In this document: positions 7,767 to 15,811 of the stretch, in pieces | How positions within the stretch are numbered: the stretch's first letter is position 1 | Layout of the letters: the number at the start of each line of letters is the position of its first letter | Virus record (IMG/VR): IMGVR_UViG_3300042691_022450 | Length of the DNA stretch: 64,000 nucleotides | Direction: 5' to 3' (one strand) | Source: a virus | Notes under the pieces: generated by a model | Told to the model about the DNA's origin: nothing | What the model saw: the letters and a program-made list of their open reading frames with translations, nothing else | Databases searched by the model: none | Program-made: the position numbers and the translations under genes

Positions 7767-8273
7767 ATGCCATTCAAAGATGAAAATAAGTTAAAACAAT
7801 ATAGAAAAGATTATTGGGAAAAAAATAAAGAACATTATGAGAAATCCAGAAGAAATAGAATTTCTAATCAAACTGAAGAAGATAAGGAAAACTATAAAAA
7901 TACCAGGAATATATGGAGAGAAAAAAATAAAGATGAAATTAATAAAAAACAGAGAGAAAGGAAAGAAAAACATAAAAAATATTTGATTGAGATGCTTGGT
8001 GGAAAATGTGCTGGATGCGGAACAACTACCAATTTACAATTCGACCATATTGATAGAAATAGTAAGTTATTTTGTATAACTCATCAACTTGCTTCAAAAT
8101 TAGAAAAATTAATAGAAGAGGCAAACAAATGTCAATTATTATGTGATAGTTGCCATAGAATAAAAACATCAATAAATCACGATGCTAATTGTTTAGCAGA
8201 AGGCAAGAGGGTAATTGACATACAAATTATCGGAAGTAAAACCATTGTGACACTAGAACAAGTGTCCCTATAA
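7767..8273 (+). CDS. HNH homing-endonuclease-like protein
   Basis: K/E/R-rich helical N-terminus; LGGKCAGCG, FDHID, KCQLLCDSCHRIKT; much more AT-rich than neighbouring genes. Confidence 0.85.
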   Translation: MPFKDENKLKQYRKDYWEKNKEHYEKSRRNRISNQTEEDKENYKNTRNIWREKNKDEINKKQRERKEKHKKYLIEMLGGKCAGCGTTTNLQFDHIDRNSKLFCITHQLASKLEKLIEEANKCQLLCDSCHRIKTSINHDANCLAEGKRVIDIQIIGSKTIVTLEQVSL

Positions 8274-8304
8274 TTGACCGAGCACGGGGTTTCTGTGCTA
8301 CAAT
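8247..8304 (+). promoter_or_regulatory. Palindrome promoter, copy 8
   Basis: GTGACActagaacaagTGTCCC at 8247-8268, 30-bp gap, TGcTACAAT (-10 at 8299-8304). Confidence 0.75.
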
Positions 8305-8327
8305 ACTTGTATTGATGAATTGATTTT

Positions 8328-9560
8328 ATGAAACTTTATCCCTATCAGCAGAGAACTCTTGATGCGATTAAGTCTCAAATTAAAGGCACTTGCTATCTTC
8401 CTACTGGTGCGGGTAAAACTGTTGTGATGATGGAAGATGCTCGTCAGAGGATTCTTAACGCACTGGAACCAATGACATTTGTTGTTGTTGCTCCTCGTAT
8501 TCTGCTTGCAAATCAACTTTGTTCTGAGTTTGAAGCATATCTCAAGGACCAGAATGTTGCTTATATGCACGTTCACAGTGGTGAAACTCATCATCAATCC
8601 TCTACACGTCCAGCAGACATTGCAGAATACAATGACACTGCAATCGGAAGTGGAAAGCATCAGTTTATCTTCACCACTTATAATTCGATTGGTCGGGTGA
8701 ATGAATCAGATATTGAAATTGATGTTGTGTATTTTGATGAAGCACATCATTGTGTGAAACCATCCAACTTTGTTGGTATTGCACATACTTCATCAGTTGC
8801 AGATAATGCTTATTTCTTCACTGCAACCCCGAAGTTCAATAACAGCACTGAGTCTATGAATAATACTGATGTTTATGGAAATAACATCATCAGTATTCCT
8901 GCACAAGAACTGATTGATGCTGGTAGTATCATTCCTCCCAAAGTTGTGCCTTATGAAGCACAAACCATTCGCACTAAAGAAAATGCTGCATTTGTAGATG
9001 CAGAAAACGTTGTAGGTATTCTCTCAGAGATTTCTGATTGTGATGCTCCTAAAGTTCTTGTTGCTGCTCCAAGCACCAAAGTAATCTGGGCAATGTTTAC
9101 TGAGAGTGATTTGCTTCAACAACTCAATGATATGGGTTATACGATTATGCACATCACTTCCAAGCACGGTGCTTATATTGACAAACAGAAAGTGTCTCGT
9201 GAAGTATTCTTTGAGAAGATGAGTGAGTTTGGTGCAGACCCAGAGAAAAAGTTCATTGTGTTTCACTACAGCATCTTGTCTGAAGGTATCAATGTTCAAG
9301 GTTTGACTCATTGCATTATGCTTCGCAATCTTCCATTGATTGAAATGGCACAGACTGTTGGACGGGTTATCCGTATGCACGGTGATGACCGTAAAGCAAT
9401 CGCAGATGGTAAGATGAAAGCAGGAGAGTTTGCTTTCTACAAGAAACCATTTGGCACTATCACGATTCCTGTTAATAACAACTATGGTGATAAGATTGCA
9501 AAGCAACTTCAAAATGTTGTGGATACTATCTTTGTGAAAGGTGAAGTTCTTGGTGTATAA
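8328..9560 (+). CDS. SF2 DEAH-box helicase (ResIII-like)
   Basis: Q-motif LYPYQ, Walker A PTGAGKT, FDEAHH, TAT, LSEGINV and QTVGRVIR. Confidence 0.9.
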   Translation: MKLYPYQQRTLDAIKSQIKGTCYLPTGAGKTVVMMEDARQRILNALEPMTFVVVAPRILLANQLCSEFEAYLKDQNVAYMHVHSGETHHQSSTRPADIAEYNDTAIGSGKHQFIFTTYNSIGRVNESDIEIDVVYFDEAHHCVKPSNFVGIAHTSSVADNAYFFTATPKFNNSTESMNNTDVYGNNIISIPAQELIDAGSIIPPKVVPYEAQTIRTKENAAFVDAENVVGILSEISDCDAPKVLVAAPSTKVIWAMFTESDLLQQLNDMGYTIMHITSKHGAYIDKQKVSREVFFEKMSEFGADPEKKFIVFHYSILSEGINVQGLTHCIMLRNLPLIEMAQTVGRVIRMHGDDRKAIADGKMKAGEFAFYKKPFGTITIPVNNNYGDKIAKQLQNVVDTIFVKGEVLGV

Positions 9561-9587
9561 ATTATATTATGTGTCCCACATAGAATT

Positions 9588-9752
9588 ATGCCATTTACAA
9601 AGAAATTTCCACAGTCAGGAGAAACAACCCATATTCGGGTTCCGAAATGTTATGCTGAACTCATTGAAGAACTGATGGTAACGTTAGATGAACGATTTGA
9701 TGTAGATAAGGGCAAACATCTACTGAAGAAGTTCATACACAACTTAACGTGA
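9588..9752 (+). CDS. Small putative ribbon-helix-helix DNA-binding protein (54 aa)
   Basis: MPFTKKFPQSGETTHIRVPKCYAELIEELMVTLDE...; strand (THIRVP) followed by helices, as in RHH proteins. Confidence 0.45.
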   Translation: MPFTKKFPQSGETTHIRVPKCYAELIEELMVTLDERFDVDKGKHLLKKFIHNLT

Positions 9753-9767
9753 GTCCAATGATATCCT

Positions 9768-9824
9768 GTGCCACCTGTAGCACTGGCACAGTAAATGAGC
9801 ACATACCCCTAAATGTGTTATAGT
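9768..9824 (+). promoter_or_regulatory. Palindrome promoter, copy 9
   Basis: GTGCCAcctgtagcacTGGCAC at 9768-9789, 29-bp gap, TGtTATAGT (-10 at 9819-9824). Confidence 0.85.
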
Positions 9825-10014
9825 AGTTCTATGGTTGAGGAAGACCTTCAATGACTTACACCCCACATCTTTCTAAGATTCCTTATTTGATGATTCCAGA
9901 AAACAGAGTGAATCTTGCATTCAACTGGTATCAACGAGATAGGAGTCATCCACAAAACTTTCCTGCTTATTCTTATTGGATTCAACAATGCACAAATGAT
10001 GGGAGTGATTACTG

Positions 10015-10197
10015 ATGGAAATGCTTGATACTGTTCTGACTATTGAGGAAGTTTTGACTGATAAACAATTGCTTGCTCTGCAAGACATTCTTTGCCATTA
10101 CAAAGAGTTTCAGGAAGAACTTTACAACTATCCTGAACCTGATACTCTCTTCACTAAGACTCAACAAGAACTGTTTGACATCTTTAACATCAAATGA
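10015..10197 (+). CDS. Acidic hypothetical protein
   Basis: 60-aa ORF, translationally coupled to its neighbours. Confidence 0.6.
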   Translation: MEMLDTVLTIEEVLTDKQLLALQDILCHYKEFQEELYNYPEPDTLFTKTQQELFDIFNIK

Positions 10198-10400
10198 CTT
10201 CTATTTCTTTTACCTCTGGTGAGTTGTTGGATATTATGTCCGTACTTGAAGAGAAAGAAAATGCTCTTCAACTTGCAGAGAATTATCAACTCTCTGCTTA
10301 TTATATGCACCTTGGGGGTCAATTCCAACGGATTTATGATAAACTGCAGGAGTTTGTTCCTGAGAACCGAGTTGCCAATCTTGTCCTTGCTGTGAATTGA
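10194..10400 (+). CDS. Hypothetical protein
   Basis: 68-aa ORF with ATGA overlap. Confidence 0.6.
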   Translation: MTSISFTSGELLDIMSVLEEKENALQLAENYQLSAYYMHLGGQFQRIYDKLQEFVPENRVANLVLAVN

Positions 10401-10669
10401 TGACTATGGAAACACACAGTCTGATTATTCTTTCTACTGCACACCTACATCCATTGGAAGCAGCAAAGATTGATGAATTTTCTTATGTTGGAAACAAAGA
10501 ATGTGCTCTTGTTTCCACTGTTTCAGAGATGAGGGATTTCTATTATCAGGGTGGATTGGTTTGCTTGTGCGACCTGTTGAAATTGGTGCAAGAAAAATAT
10601 AATGCAAAATATGTTCTCTTTGACCCTGATGCAGATACTACTGATGAGTTCAGGTGTTATCAATGGTGA
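10397..10669 (+). CDS. DUF5983-like hypothetical protein
   Basis: LSTAHL...DLLKLVQEKYNAKYVLFDPDA pattern. Confidence 0.5.
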   Translation: MMTMETHSLIILSTAHLHPLEAAKIDEFSYVGNKECALVSTVSEMRDFYYQGGLVCLCDLLKLVQEKYNAKYVLFDPDADTTDEFRCYQW

Positions 10670-10670
10670 T

Positions 10671-10728
10671 GTGCCAGTTGTAGCACTGGCACACTAAAAG
10701 AGCACAGAGGCACCAGATGCCTTATAAT
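10671..10728 (+). promoter_or_regulatory. Palindrome promoter, copy 10
   Basis: GTGCCAgttgtagcacTGGCAC at 10671-10692, 30-bp gap, TATAAT at 10723-10728. Confidence 0.85.
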
Positions 10729-10749
10729 ACTCTCATACGAAACAAACCG

Positions 10750-10917
10750 ATGACCCTGACCGAAGCAAACAAGATATGGTCCGACTGTTACAACAGCGGC
10801 GACCTCTCACTGTGGAACAACTATACTAACGCCCAGCGTGAGCAGGCAATCGCCACCCGAGACGCCCACTTCAACGGTCGCCAGTGGGGCATCTGGAACA
10901 TCAACGATTGGGACTGA
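10750..10917 (+). CDS. GC-rich hypothetical protein (55 aa)
   Basis: MTLTEANKIWSDCY...; 68 of 120 bases at 10801-10920 are G/C, with C-ending codons. Confidence 0.65.
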   Translation: MTLTEANKIWSDCYNSGDLSLWNNYTNAQREQAIATRDAHFNGRQWGIWNINDWD

Positions 10918-10948
10918 TTGCCCTACCTGGTGGTCTGACTGGTAAGTG

Positions 10949-11007
10949 ATGGCACTCTGAAAACTGGCACAGGGCATCCTTCGGAGTGCCCTTTGATGCC
11001 TTATAAT
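10949..11007 (+). promoter_or_regulatory. Palindrome promoter, copy 11 (degenerate left arm)
   Basis: atGGCActctgaaaacTGGCAC at 10949-10970, 31-bp gap, TATAAT at 11002-11007. Confidence 0.7.
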
Positions 11008-11032
11008 ACTCTCATACACAAAGGAACTTCAA

Positions 11033-11299
11033 ATGCTTGATGCCTTTACTGATTATCCTATTGAAAAACTTGATGATATTGAATTTGAAAAAGCACCCAT
11101 TCGTAAATGCACCATTCTAACTTGGGACAGAAATAAGTATTGTGATGTCCTTGTATATTTTGTAGATGAGGATGGTGATTTGCGAGGACACATTACTAAC
11201 TTCAAGCAGTGGTATTTGTATAAGAATGAAGCACGACTTGATGATGGTATTCAATTTACTGATGATGAACTGAAAACTCTTCCTTGGACTTGCCGATGA
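11033..11299 (+). CDS. Hypothetical protein
   Basis: 88-aa ORF with SD AAGGA. Confidence 0.7.
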   Translation: MLDAFTDYPIEKLDDIEFEKAPIRKCTILTWDRNKYCDVLVYFVDEDGDLRGHITNFKQWYLYKNEARLDDGIQFTDDELKTLPWTCR

Positions 11300-11660
11300 C
11301 TGCTATTGAAATTGATGAAATGATGAACCGAATGGAATCATTTGGTGGTTCATTTGTTGTTGCACTTGCTTATGCAATGCGAAAAGCAGACCCATCAAAT
11401 AAAACTAGACTGATTCTTGCCTTTCCTGAGTATGTGAAAGAGTATGGACCAGAAAGTCAGTTTCCTGCGTATGAATGATGAAACCTAAGTTCCGTGCCGT
11501 ATTAGAAATGGCAATAGAAGAAGGTGTAAGGTTTGGATACAATCGTGCTTTTAAGCATAATTCAGAACCACACATTGATTCTATATCTGATAGTATAGTT
11601 ACAGAAATCTTTAATTCACTTGACACTTGGTTTGATGACATCAACGACACTGAAAACTAA
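11296..11660 (+). CDS. Two coupled small hypothetical proteins (about 11296-11478 and 11475-11660)
   Basis: ATGA overlaps; motifs GGSFVVALAYAMRKAD and LEMAIEEGVRFGYNRAFKH. Confidence 0.6.
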
Positions 11661-11661
11661 A

Positions 11662-12057
11662 ATGAATCCTGAAATTAAACAGAAATGGGTTGATGCTCTG
11701 CGTTCTGGTAAGTATGACCAGGGCAGTAAGAAACTCCGCAGTCATCAAGGTTATTGTTGCCTTGGTGTTCTTTGTGATTTGTATGCACAAGAACAGAATA
11801 GAGAGTGGAAGTTTAGTGGAGAGTATGAGGAAAGTCCTCTCCCGATGGATTATTGGTATTTCGATGGTGAGGGTGAGTTTCTGCCCGACTCTGTAAGAGA
11901 ATGGGCAGGATTTTCTCTTCCTAGTCCTGAAGTTCGAGTTGATGTAACCGACAATGATGATGAGGATGATTGGTTCTATAATGATGAGATTGCCAGTCTG
12001 AACGATACAGGTTATACTTTTGAAGCACTTTCTAAACTAATCAAAGAACAATTTTAA
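11662..12057 (+). CDS. Conserved phage hypothetical protein (W..ALRSG.Y.QG / CCLGVLC family)
   Basis: ATG 11662; KWVDALRSGKYDQG...YCCLGVLCDL...LNDTGYTF. Confidence 0.7.
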   Translation: MNPEIKQKWVDALRSGKYDQGSKKLRSHQGYCCLGVLCDLYAQEQNREWKFSGEYEESPLPMDYWYFDGEGEFLPDSVREWAGFSLPSPEVRVDVTDNDDEDDWFYNDEIASLNDTGYTFEALSKLIKEQF

Positions 12058-12236
12058 TGGAACAACAAACTGTGACTCAATACAAGTCTGTAAATCTTAC
12101 TCTGTATTTCAATGCTGAATTGGATGATGGTGAGGTACAAGATTTCATTGACCGTATGACTGGAAAGTATAATCATCCTGATGACATCATCAAAGATTAT
12201 GAATACTGGTATGATGAGTGAGTCTAGTGTGAGACT

Positions 12237-12295
12237 GTGCCACTTGTAGAGGTGGCACACTATACCCCCCAAACCCCTTGCTGAGGTGCTACAAT
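12237..12295 (+). promoter_or_regulatory. Palindrome promoter, copy 12
   Basis: GTGCCACttgtagagGTGGCAC at 12237-12258, 31-bp gap, TGcTACAAT (-10 at 12290-12295). Confidence 0.85.
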
Positions 12296-12320
12296 GATTG
12301 CATTGAAGGTTGAGAGACCA

Positions 12321-12716
12321 ATGACCGAAACACAAGTTCAACTCAAAGAAGCCACTGTTGATTTCATTAAGGATTTGGTTGAGCAATCCTATTATGATGA
12401 AGATATGTATATTTTCATCGGTGAGCACGGTGAAGATACATTTGTTCAGTATTATGAAGAGTATGTTCAGTTTGGTGAATCTTATAACTATCGTGCTGTA
12501 GATACTTTCATTGAAGAGTTTGGTATTGATAATCTATCTTCCTTTGAAGATGCTTACCGTGGTGAATGGGAGTCTAAAGCAGATTATGCGGAAAACTTTG
12601 TAACTGATTGTTATTCTGTTGATTTCCCTGCTTTTATTGAGATTGACTGGGAAAATACCTTTGACAATCTTGATTCTGTTTATGTCAATGGTTTTGTTTT
12701 TGATACCCAATTCTGA
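12321..12716 (+). CDS. ArdA-like anti-restriction (DNA mimic) protein
   Basis: Very acidic. FEDAYRGEWESKADYAENFV...PAFIEIDWE resembles the ArdA C-terminal domains. Confidence 0.65.
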   Translation: MTETQVQLKEATVDFIKDLVEQSYYDEDMYIFIGEHGEDTFVQYYEEYVQFGESYNYRAVDTFIEEFGIDNLSSFEDAYRGEWESKADYAENFVTDCYSVDFPAFIEIDWENTFDNLDSVYVNGFVFDTQF

Positions 12717-12719
12717 ATT

Positions 12720-12968
12720 ATGAAACTTCAATCTAACGATGGAAACATGGTGGTAGATTTCTACCCCATCAAAACACCTTTTGGTGATGTATCTCAAGAG
12801 TGGTTCTTGAAGACTCTCACTTTTATGGGTCAAAGTCAATCCAAGAAGTTTCTCAATCGCATTGAGATGAATCTTGAGATTGAAGAATATCTCAATCACA
12901 CTATTCCGTATGAAGTTGTAGACTTCAATACGATTCCACAACTTGCTAATCCTTTTATTGGTGTCTGA
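12720..12968 (+). CDS. Hypothetical protein
   Basis: 82-aa ORF. Confidence 0.65.
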   Translation: MKLQSNDGNMVVDFYPIKTPFGDVSQEWFLKTLTFMGQSQSKKFLNRIEMNLEIEEYLNHTIPYEVVDFNTIPQLANPFIGV

Positions 12969-12970
12969 CA

Positions 12971-13186
12971 ATGCTTCTGAAACTAACTGACATTGAGTTT
13001 GATTTTGATGATGGAGAAGAAATCTCTGGGGAACTTCCTTATGATGAACAGGTTGCAGTCACTAAATCCGTGATTGGTGAAGTCTTTGAGGTTGAGACTG
13101 AAGATGAACTTGCTGATGCAGTTTCTGACAGAACTGGTTGGTGTGTGAAATATCTTGATTATGTTGAAATCTCTGAATCTCACTGA
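12971..13186 (+). CDS. Very acidic hypothetical protein
   Basis: 71 aa with IEFDFDD...LADAVSDRTGWCV; its stop TGA begins a TGAGTCCAATG element. Confidence 0.7.
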   Translation: MLLKLTDIEFDFDDGEEISGELPYDEQVAVTKSVIGEVFEVETEDELADAVSDRTGWCVKYLDYVEISESH

Positions 13187-13201
13187 GTCCAATGATGCCC
13201 T

Positions 13202-13258
13202 GTGCCACTTGTTCTAGTGGCACACTAAAAGAGCACAGACCCCTAAATGTGGTATTCT
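13202..13258 (+). promoter_or_regulatory. Palindrome promoter, copy 13
   Basis: GTGCCACTtgttctAGTGGCAC at 13202-13223, 29-bp gap, TGgTATTCT (-10 at 13253-13258). Confidence 0.85.
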
Positions 13259-13315
13259 TAAAGGGTGGAAGGGGTCGCACCCACCCGCAAACGTCCAAAC
13301 TCTATTTTAATCAAA

Positions 13316-13513
13316 ATGACTGTTGATTTCTCTCGTGATGTGATGGTTGGTATGCTCCGCAAGGGTGATACTGGCAACGACATTCTGGATATTCTGAATG
13401 TTCTTGTTCCCGATCAAACTGAACTCACTCGTGAGCAAGTTTGTGAAGACCTGGGCATTGCTGATTGTCCTGAGAATGATGATGAGATTGCCCGTGCTAT
13501 GGTTGCTGCCTGA
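13316..13513 (+). CDS. Acidic hypothetical protein
   Basis: ORF 13265..13513, likely start ATG 13316. Confidence 0.65.
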   Translation: MTVDFSRDVMVGMLRKGDTGNDILDILNVLVPDQTELTREQVCEDLGIADCPENDDEIARAMVAA

Positions 13514-13567
13514 GTTTAATTTGGGGGAGATTCAATTCTCCCTCTGTGGATTTAATTCATTTACTCT

Positions 13568-13765
13568 TTGATTCCAATGTTTGTTATCTGTCCCGCATCT
13601 TTTGATTTGATTGATGCTGAGTGGTTTGACAATGTATATGAAGCAAAAGATGAAGCACTTGATTGGAGTGTTGAACTCTCTGGTGAGAATGTGATTGTTT
13701 ATCGGGCAGTTGAGGAAGATGATGGTGCTTATGAGTTTGATAAACTCTATGCCATCTCTGCCTGA
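13568..13765 (+). CDS. Acidic hypothetical protein
   Basis: 65-aa ORF. Confidence 0.6.
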   Translation: MIPMFVICPASFDLIDAEWFDNVYEAKDEALDWSVELSGENVIVYRAVEEDDGAYEFDKLYAISA

Positions 13766-14090
13766 TGAGAACTAAAACACTCACATTTAGACCACCAAAT
13801 AAGATGCGAACTATAATTCTTATCTTTGCGGTTGCATTTATTTTCTCTCCGAGTGTGAGGAATGTAACTGCAAACACACTTTACACTGTTGCTGACGTTA
13901 TTTCATCCAAATGACACTCACTCACATTAACAATCAAAAACTTAAGCAGTTTGCTATTACTGCTCCTGGATTTGAGTTTCCTGATTATGTTTATGCAGAA
14001 ACAAGAGAACAAGCAATTCTAGAGTGGGCAGATACTATTGTTTGTGCTGATGTAACTGAAATTGAAGAACGGTGAGTCCAGTGTTGAGAC

Positions 14091-14147
14091 ATGCCACTTG
14101 TAGCACTGGCACACTAAACGGGCACTGGCACTTTTTTCTGGTAAATT
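14091..14147 (+). promoter_or_regulatory. Palindrome promoter, copy 14
   Basis: aTGCCActtgtagcacTGGCAC at 14091-14112, 29-bp gap, TGgTAAATT (-10 at 14142-14147). Confidence 0.8.
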
Positions 14148-14199
14148 AAGAGGGTGGAAGGGGTCAGTCCCATCCGAGTCCAATTCTTCACTTCTTGTT

Positions 14200-14874
14200 A
14201 TGGATCGTCAGCAAGTTATCGCAAAGATTCAATCCATTCTGAAACTGCAGAATGGAACTTCTTTTGAAGGTGAGGCAGATGCTGCTGCCAAGATGATTGA
14301 TAAACTGTGTAAGCAGTATGGTGTTACAATCACCGAAGCAACTGAAACTCAAGTTTATGATGAATCTTTCATCAATTTCAAACGTGTGAATGTTGCACTT
14401 ACGACTCTTCTGAATGCGATTGCATCTTTCTATGATGCAAAGGCATATATGAAGAATGGTGATGTTAAGTCTCTGCAAATCATTGGTAGTGAAGCACAAC
14501 AAATCCAAGTGCGTCTCTATTATGATTACCTGAATCAAGTGATGGAGAAAGAAGCAGAAGTTGCATATCAAGCAGAGAAGATTATGTCTGCTCTAACTGG
14601 TGCAACTGTTTCTCGTAGTTTCAAACTTAATTTCCGCAAGGCATTTGCAGATAATGTTGCTCTGCGTTTGCGTGAAATGAAGAAAGCAGAGAACCGAGTT
14701 CACGATGATGCAAAAGCAGTGAGTGATAAACTCTCTACGATGCGATTCGGACGTGCAAAGAAGATGAATGGTGCTAATGGTGCTGGTGCTTATGCTGGTT
14801 CTAACGTTGGTGCTGGTGTATCTCTGAACCGTCAAGCAACTGGTTCTGTGACCAAACAACTGTGTGGAGTGTGA
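14200..14874 (+). CDS. DUF2786-domain protein
   Basis: N-terminal IAKIQSILKL...FEGEADAAAKMIDKLCKQYG; C-terminal F..AFADNVALRL...G.NVGAGVSLNRQ. Confidence 0.75.
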   Translation: MDRQQVIAKIQSILKLQNGTSFEGEADAAAKMIDKLCKQYGVTITEATETQVYDESFINFKRVNVALTTLLNAIASFYDAKAYMKNGDVKSLQIIGSEAQQIQVRLYYDYLNQVMEKEAEVAYQAEKIMSALTGATVSRSFKLNFRKAFADNVALRLREMKKAENRVHDDAKAVSDKLSTMRFGRAKKMNGANGAGAYAGSNVGAGVSLNRQATGSVTKQLCGV

Positions 14875-14918
14875 GTTAATCTCACCTCTACTTCACTTTT
14901 CCCTTTATTCCTAATACG

Positions 14919-15251
14919 ATGAACGCACAACTGACAATTGATGAGTGTAAACTGATGTGGGTTGTTGGTGCATTGCAACGACTTGCAACTTTGGGTATGA
15001 TTGGTCCTGATATTCCTCTGAAACTTTCTGGTAGTGCAGTAGATGATTATCTTTATATTGATGAGCATCGGGAAATTCTGTTTGAATCTGATTTTGAGAT
15101 TGCAAGTATTTTCACTGCTCTTGTCAATAGTGAATGTGACCCAAAAGTTCAAAATCCTGATGATACCAAACCTCTGATTGAACTTCTTCTGCAATATAAG
15201 AACAATCGCACCGAGATTGTGAAGTATGCACTCTCGCAACAAGTTATTTGA
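14919..15251 (+). CDS. Hypothetical protein
   Basis: 110-aa ORF. Confidence 0.65.
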   Translation: MNAQLTIDECKLMWVVGALQRLATLGMIGPDIPLKLSGSAVDDYLYIDEHREILFESDFEIASIFTALVNSECDPKVQNPDDTKPLIELLLQYKNNRTEIVKYALSQQVI

Positions 15252-15451
15252 AAATGACAATGGATAAAGATTTAATGCAAATCACACTGAGTAAGGAAAA
15301 TTATAAGGTTCTACATAAACTCATCTGCGACCAAATGGTTTATATTCTTTCTCCATTTGACAATGATGATTATGAACCAACGCAAGAACATCTAAAGATT
15401 CTCGACGCAGTTACAAAGTTCAGTTCTTATCAAGTTACTTACAATGTTTGA
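15248..15451 (+). CDS. Hypothetical protein
   Basis: 67-aa ORF. Confidence 0.55.
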   Translation: MKMTMDKDLMQITLSKENYKVLHKLICDQMVYILSPFDNDDYEPTQEHLKILDAVTKFSSYQVTYNV

Positions 15452-15692
15452 CCTTCTGAAGTTTAACCCCCATCATATTCCTGAGTCTATTCAAGCACGA
15501 CATAAGTTTTCCAACGGTTGGGAGATTAGTGTAGTTGCTGGTCCACCGAATTGTGGTCTCTATGGCAACATCAATGAGAACACTTATGAAGTTGCAATTT
15601 TCCGTCCCAATGGAAATATGACTGAAGATGTAAATGGTTGGAATACTAAAGAAGAAGTATCTGCGATGATGTGGGTGCTGTCTCAACTCTAG
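15444..15692 (+). CDS. Conserved phage hypothetical protein
   Basis: KFSNGWEISVV...GLYG...TYEVAIF pattern. Confidence 0.65.
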   Translation: MFDLLKFNPHHIPESIQARHKFSNGWEISVVAGPPNCGLYGNINENTYEVAIFRPNGNMTEDVNGWNTKEEVSAMMWVLSQL

Positions 15693-15705
15693 TCTCTTAT
15701 ACCGT

Positions 15706-15762
15706 GTGCCACTTGTAGCACTGGCACAGTAAAAGAGCACAGACCCCTGGATGTGGTATATT
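15706..15762 (+). promoter_or_regulatory. Palindrome promoter, copy 15
   Basis: GTGCCActtgtagcacTGGCAC at 15706-15727, 29-bp gap, TGgTATATT (-10 at 15757-15762). Confidence 0.85.
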
Positions 15763-15811
15763 AAAGAGGTGGAGGGGTCTGGTCCCACCCGAGTCCCATT
15801 CTTCATTCTTT

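Larger units (their letters stand above)
10716..11017 (+). repeat. Exact 23-bp direct repeat flanking a GC-rich insert
   Basis: GATGCCTTATAATACTCTCATAC at 10716-10738 and 10995-11017. Confidence 0.9.

Noticed and set aside
926-15762. Palindromic repeats as a CRISPR array
   Set aside because: Spacing is irregular (about 0.27-2.5 kb), the intervals contain whole genes, the repeats are degenerate and tied to -10 boxes, and no cas genes are visible.
926-15762. Repeats as integron attC sites
   Set aside because: No RYYYAAC...GTTRRRY core ends and no tyrosine integrase in the window; the similarity is only organisational.
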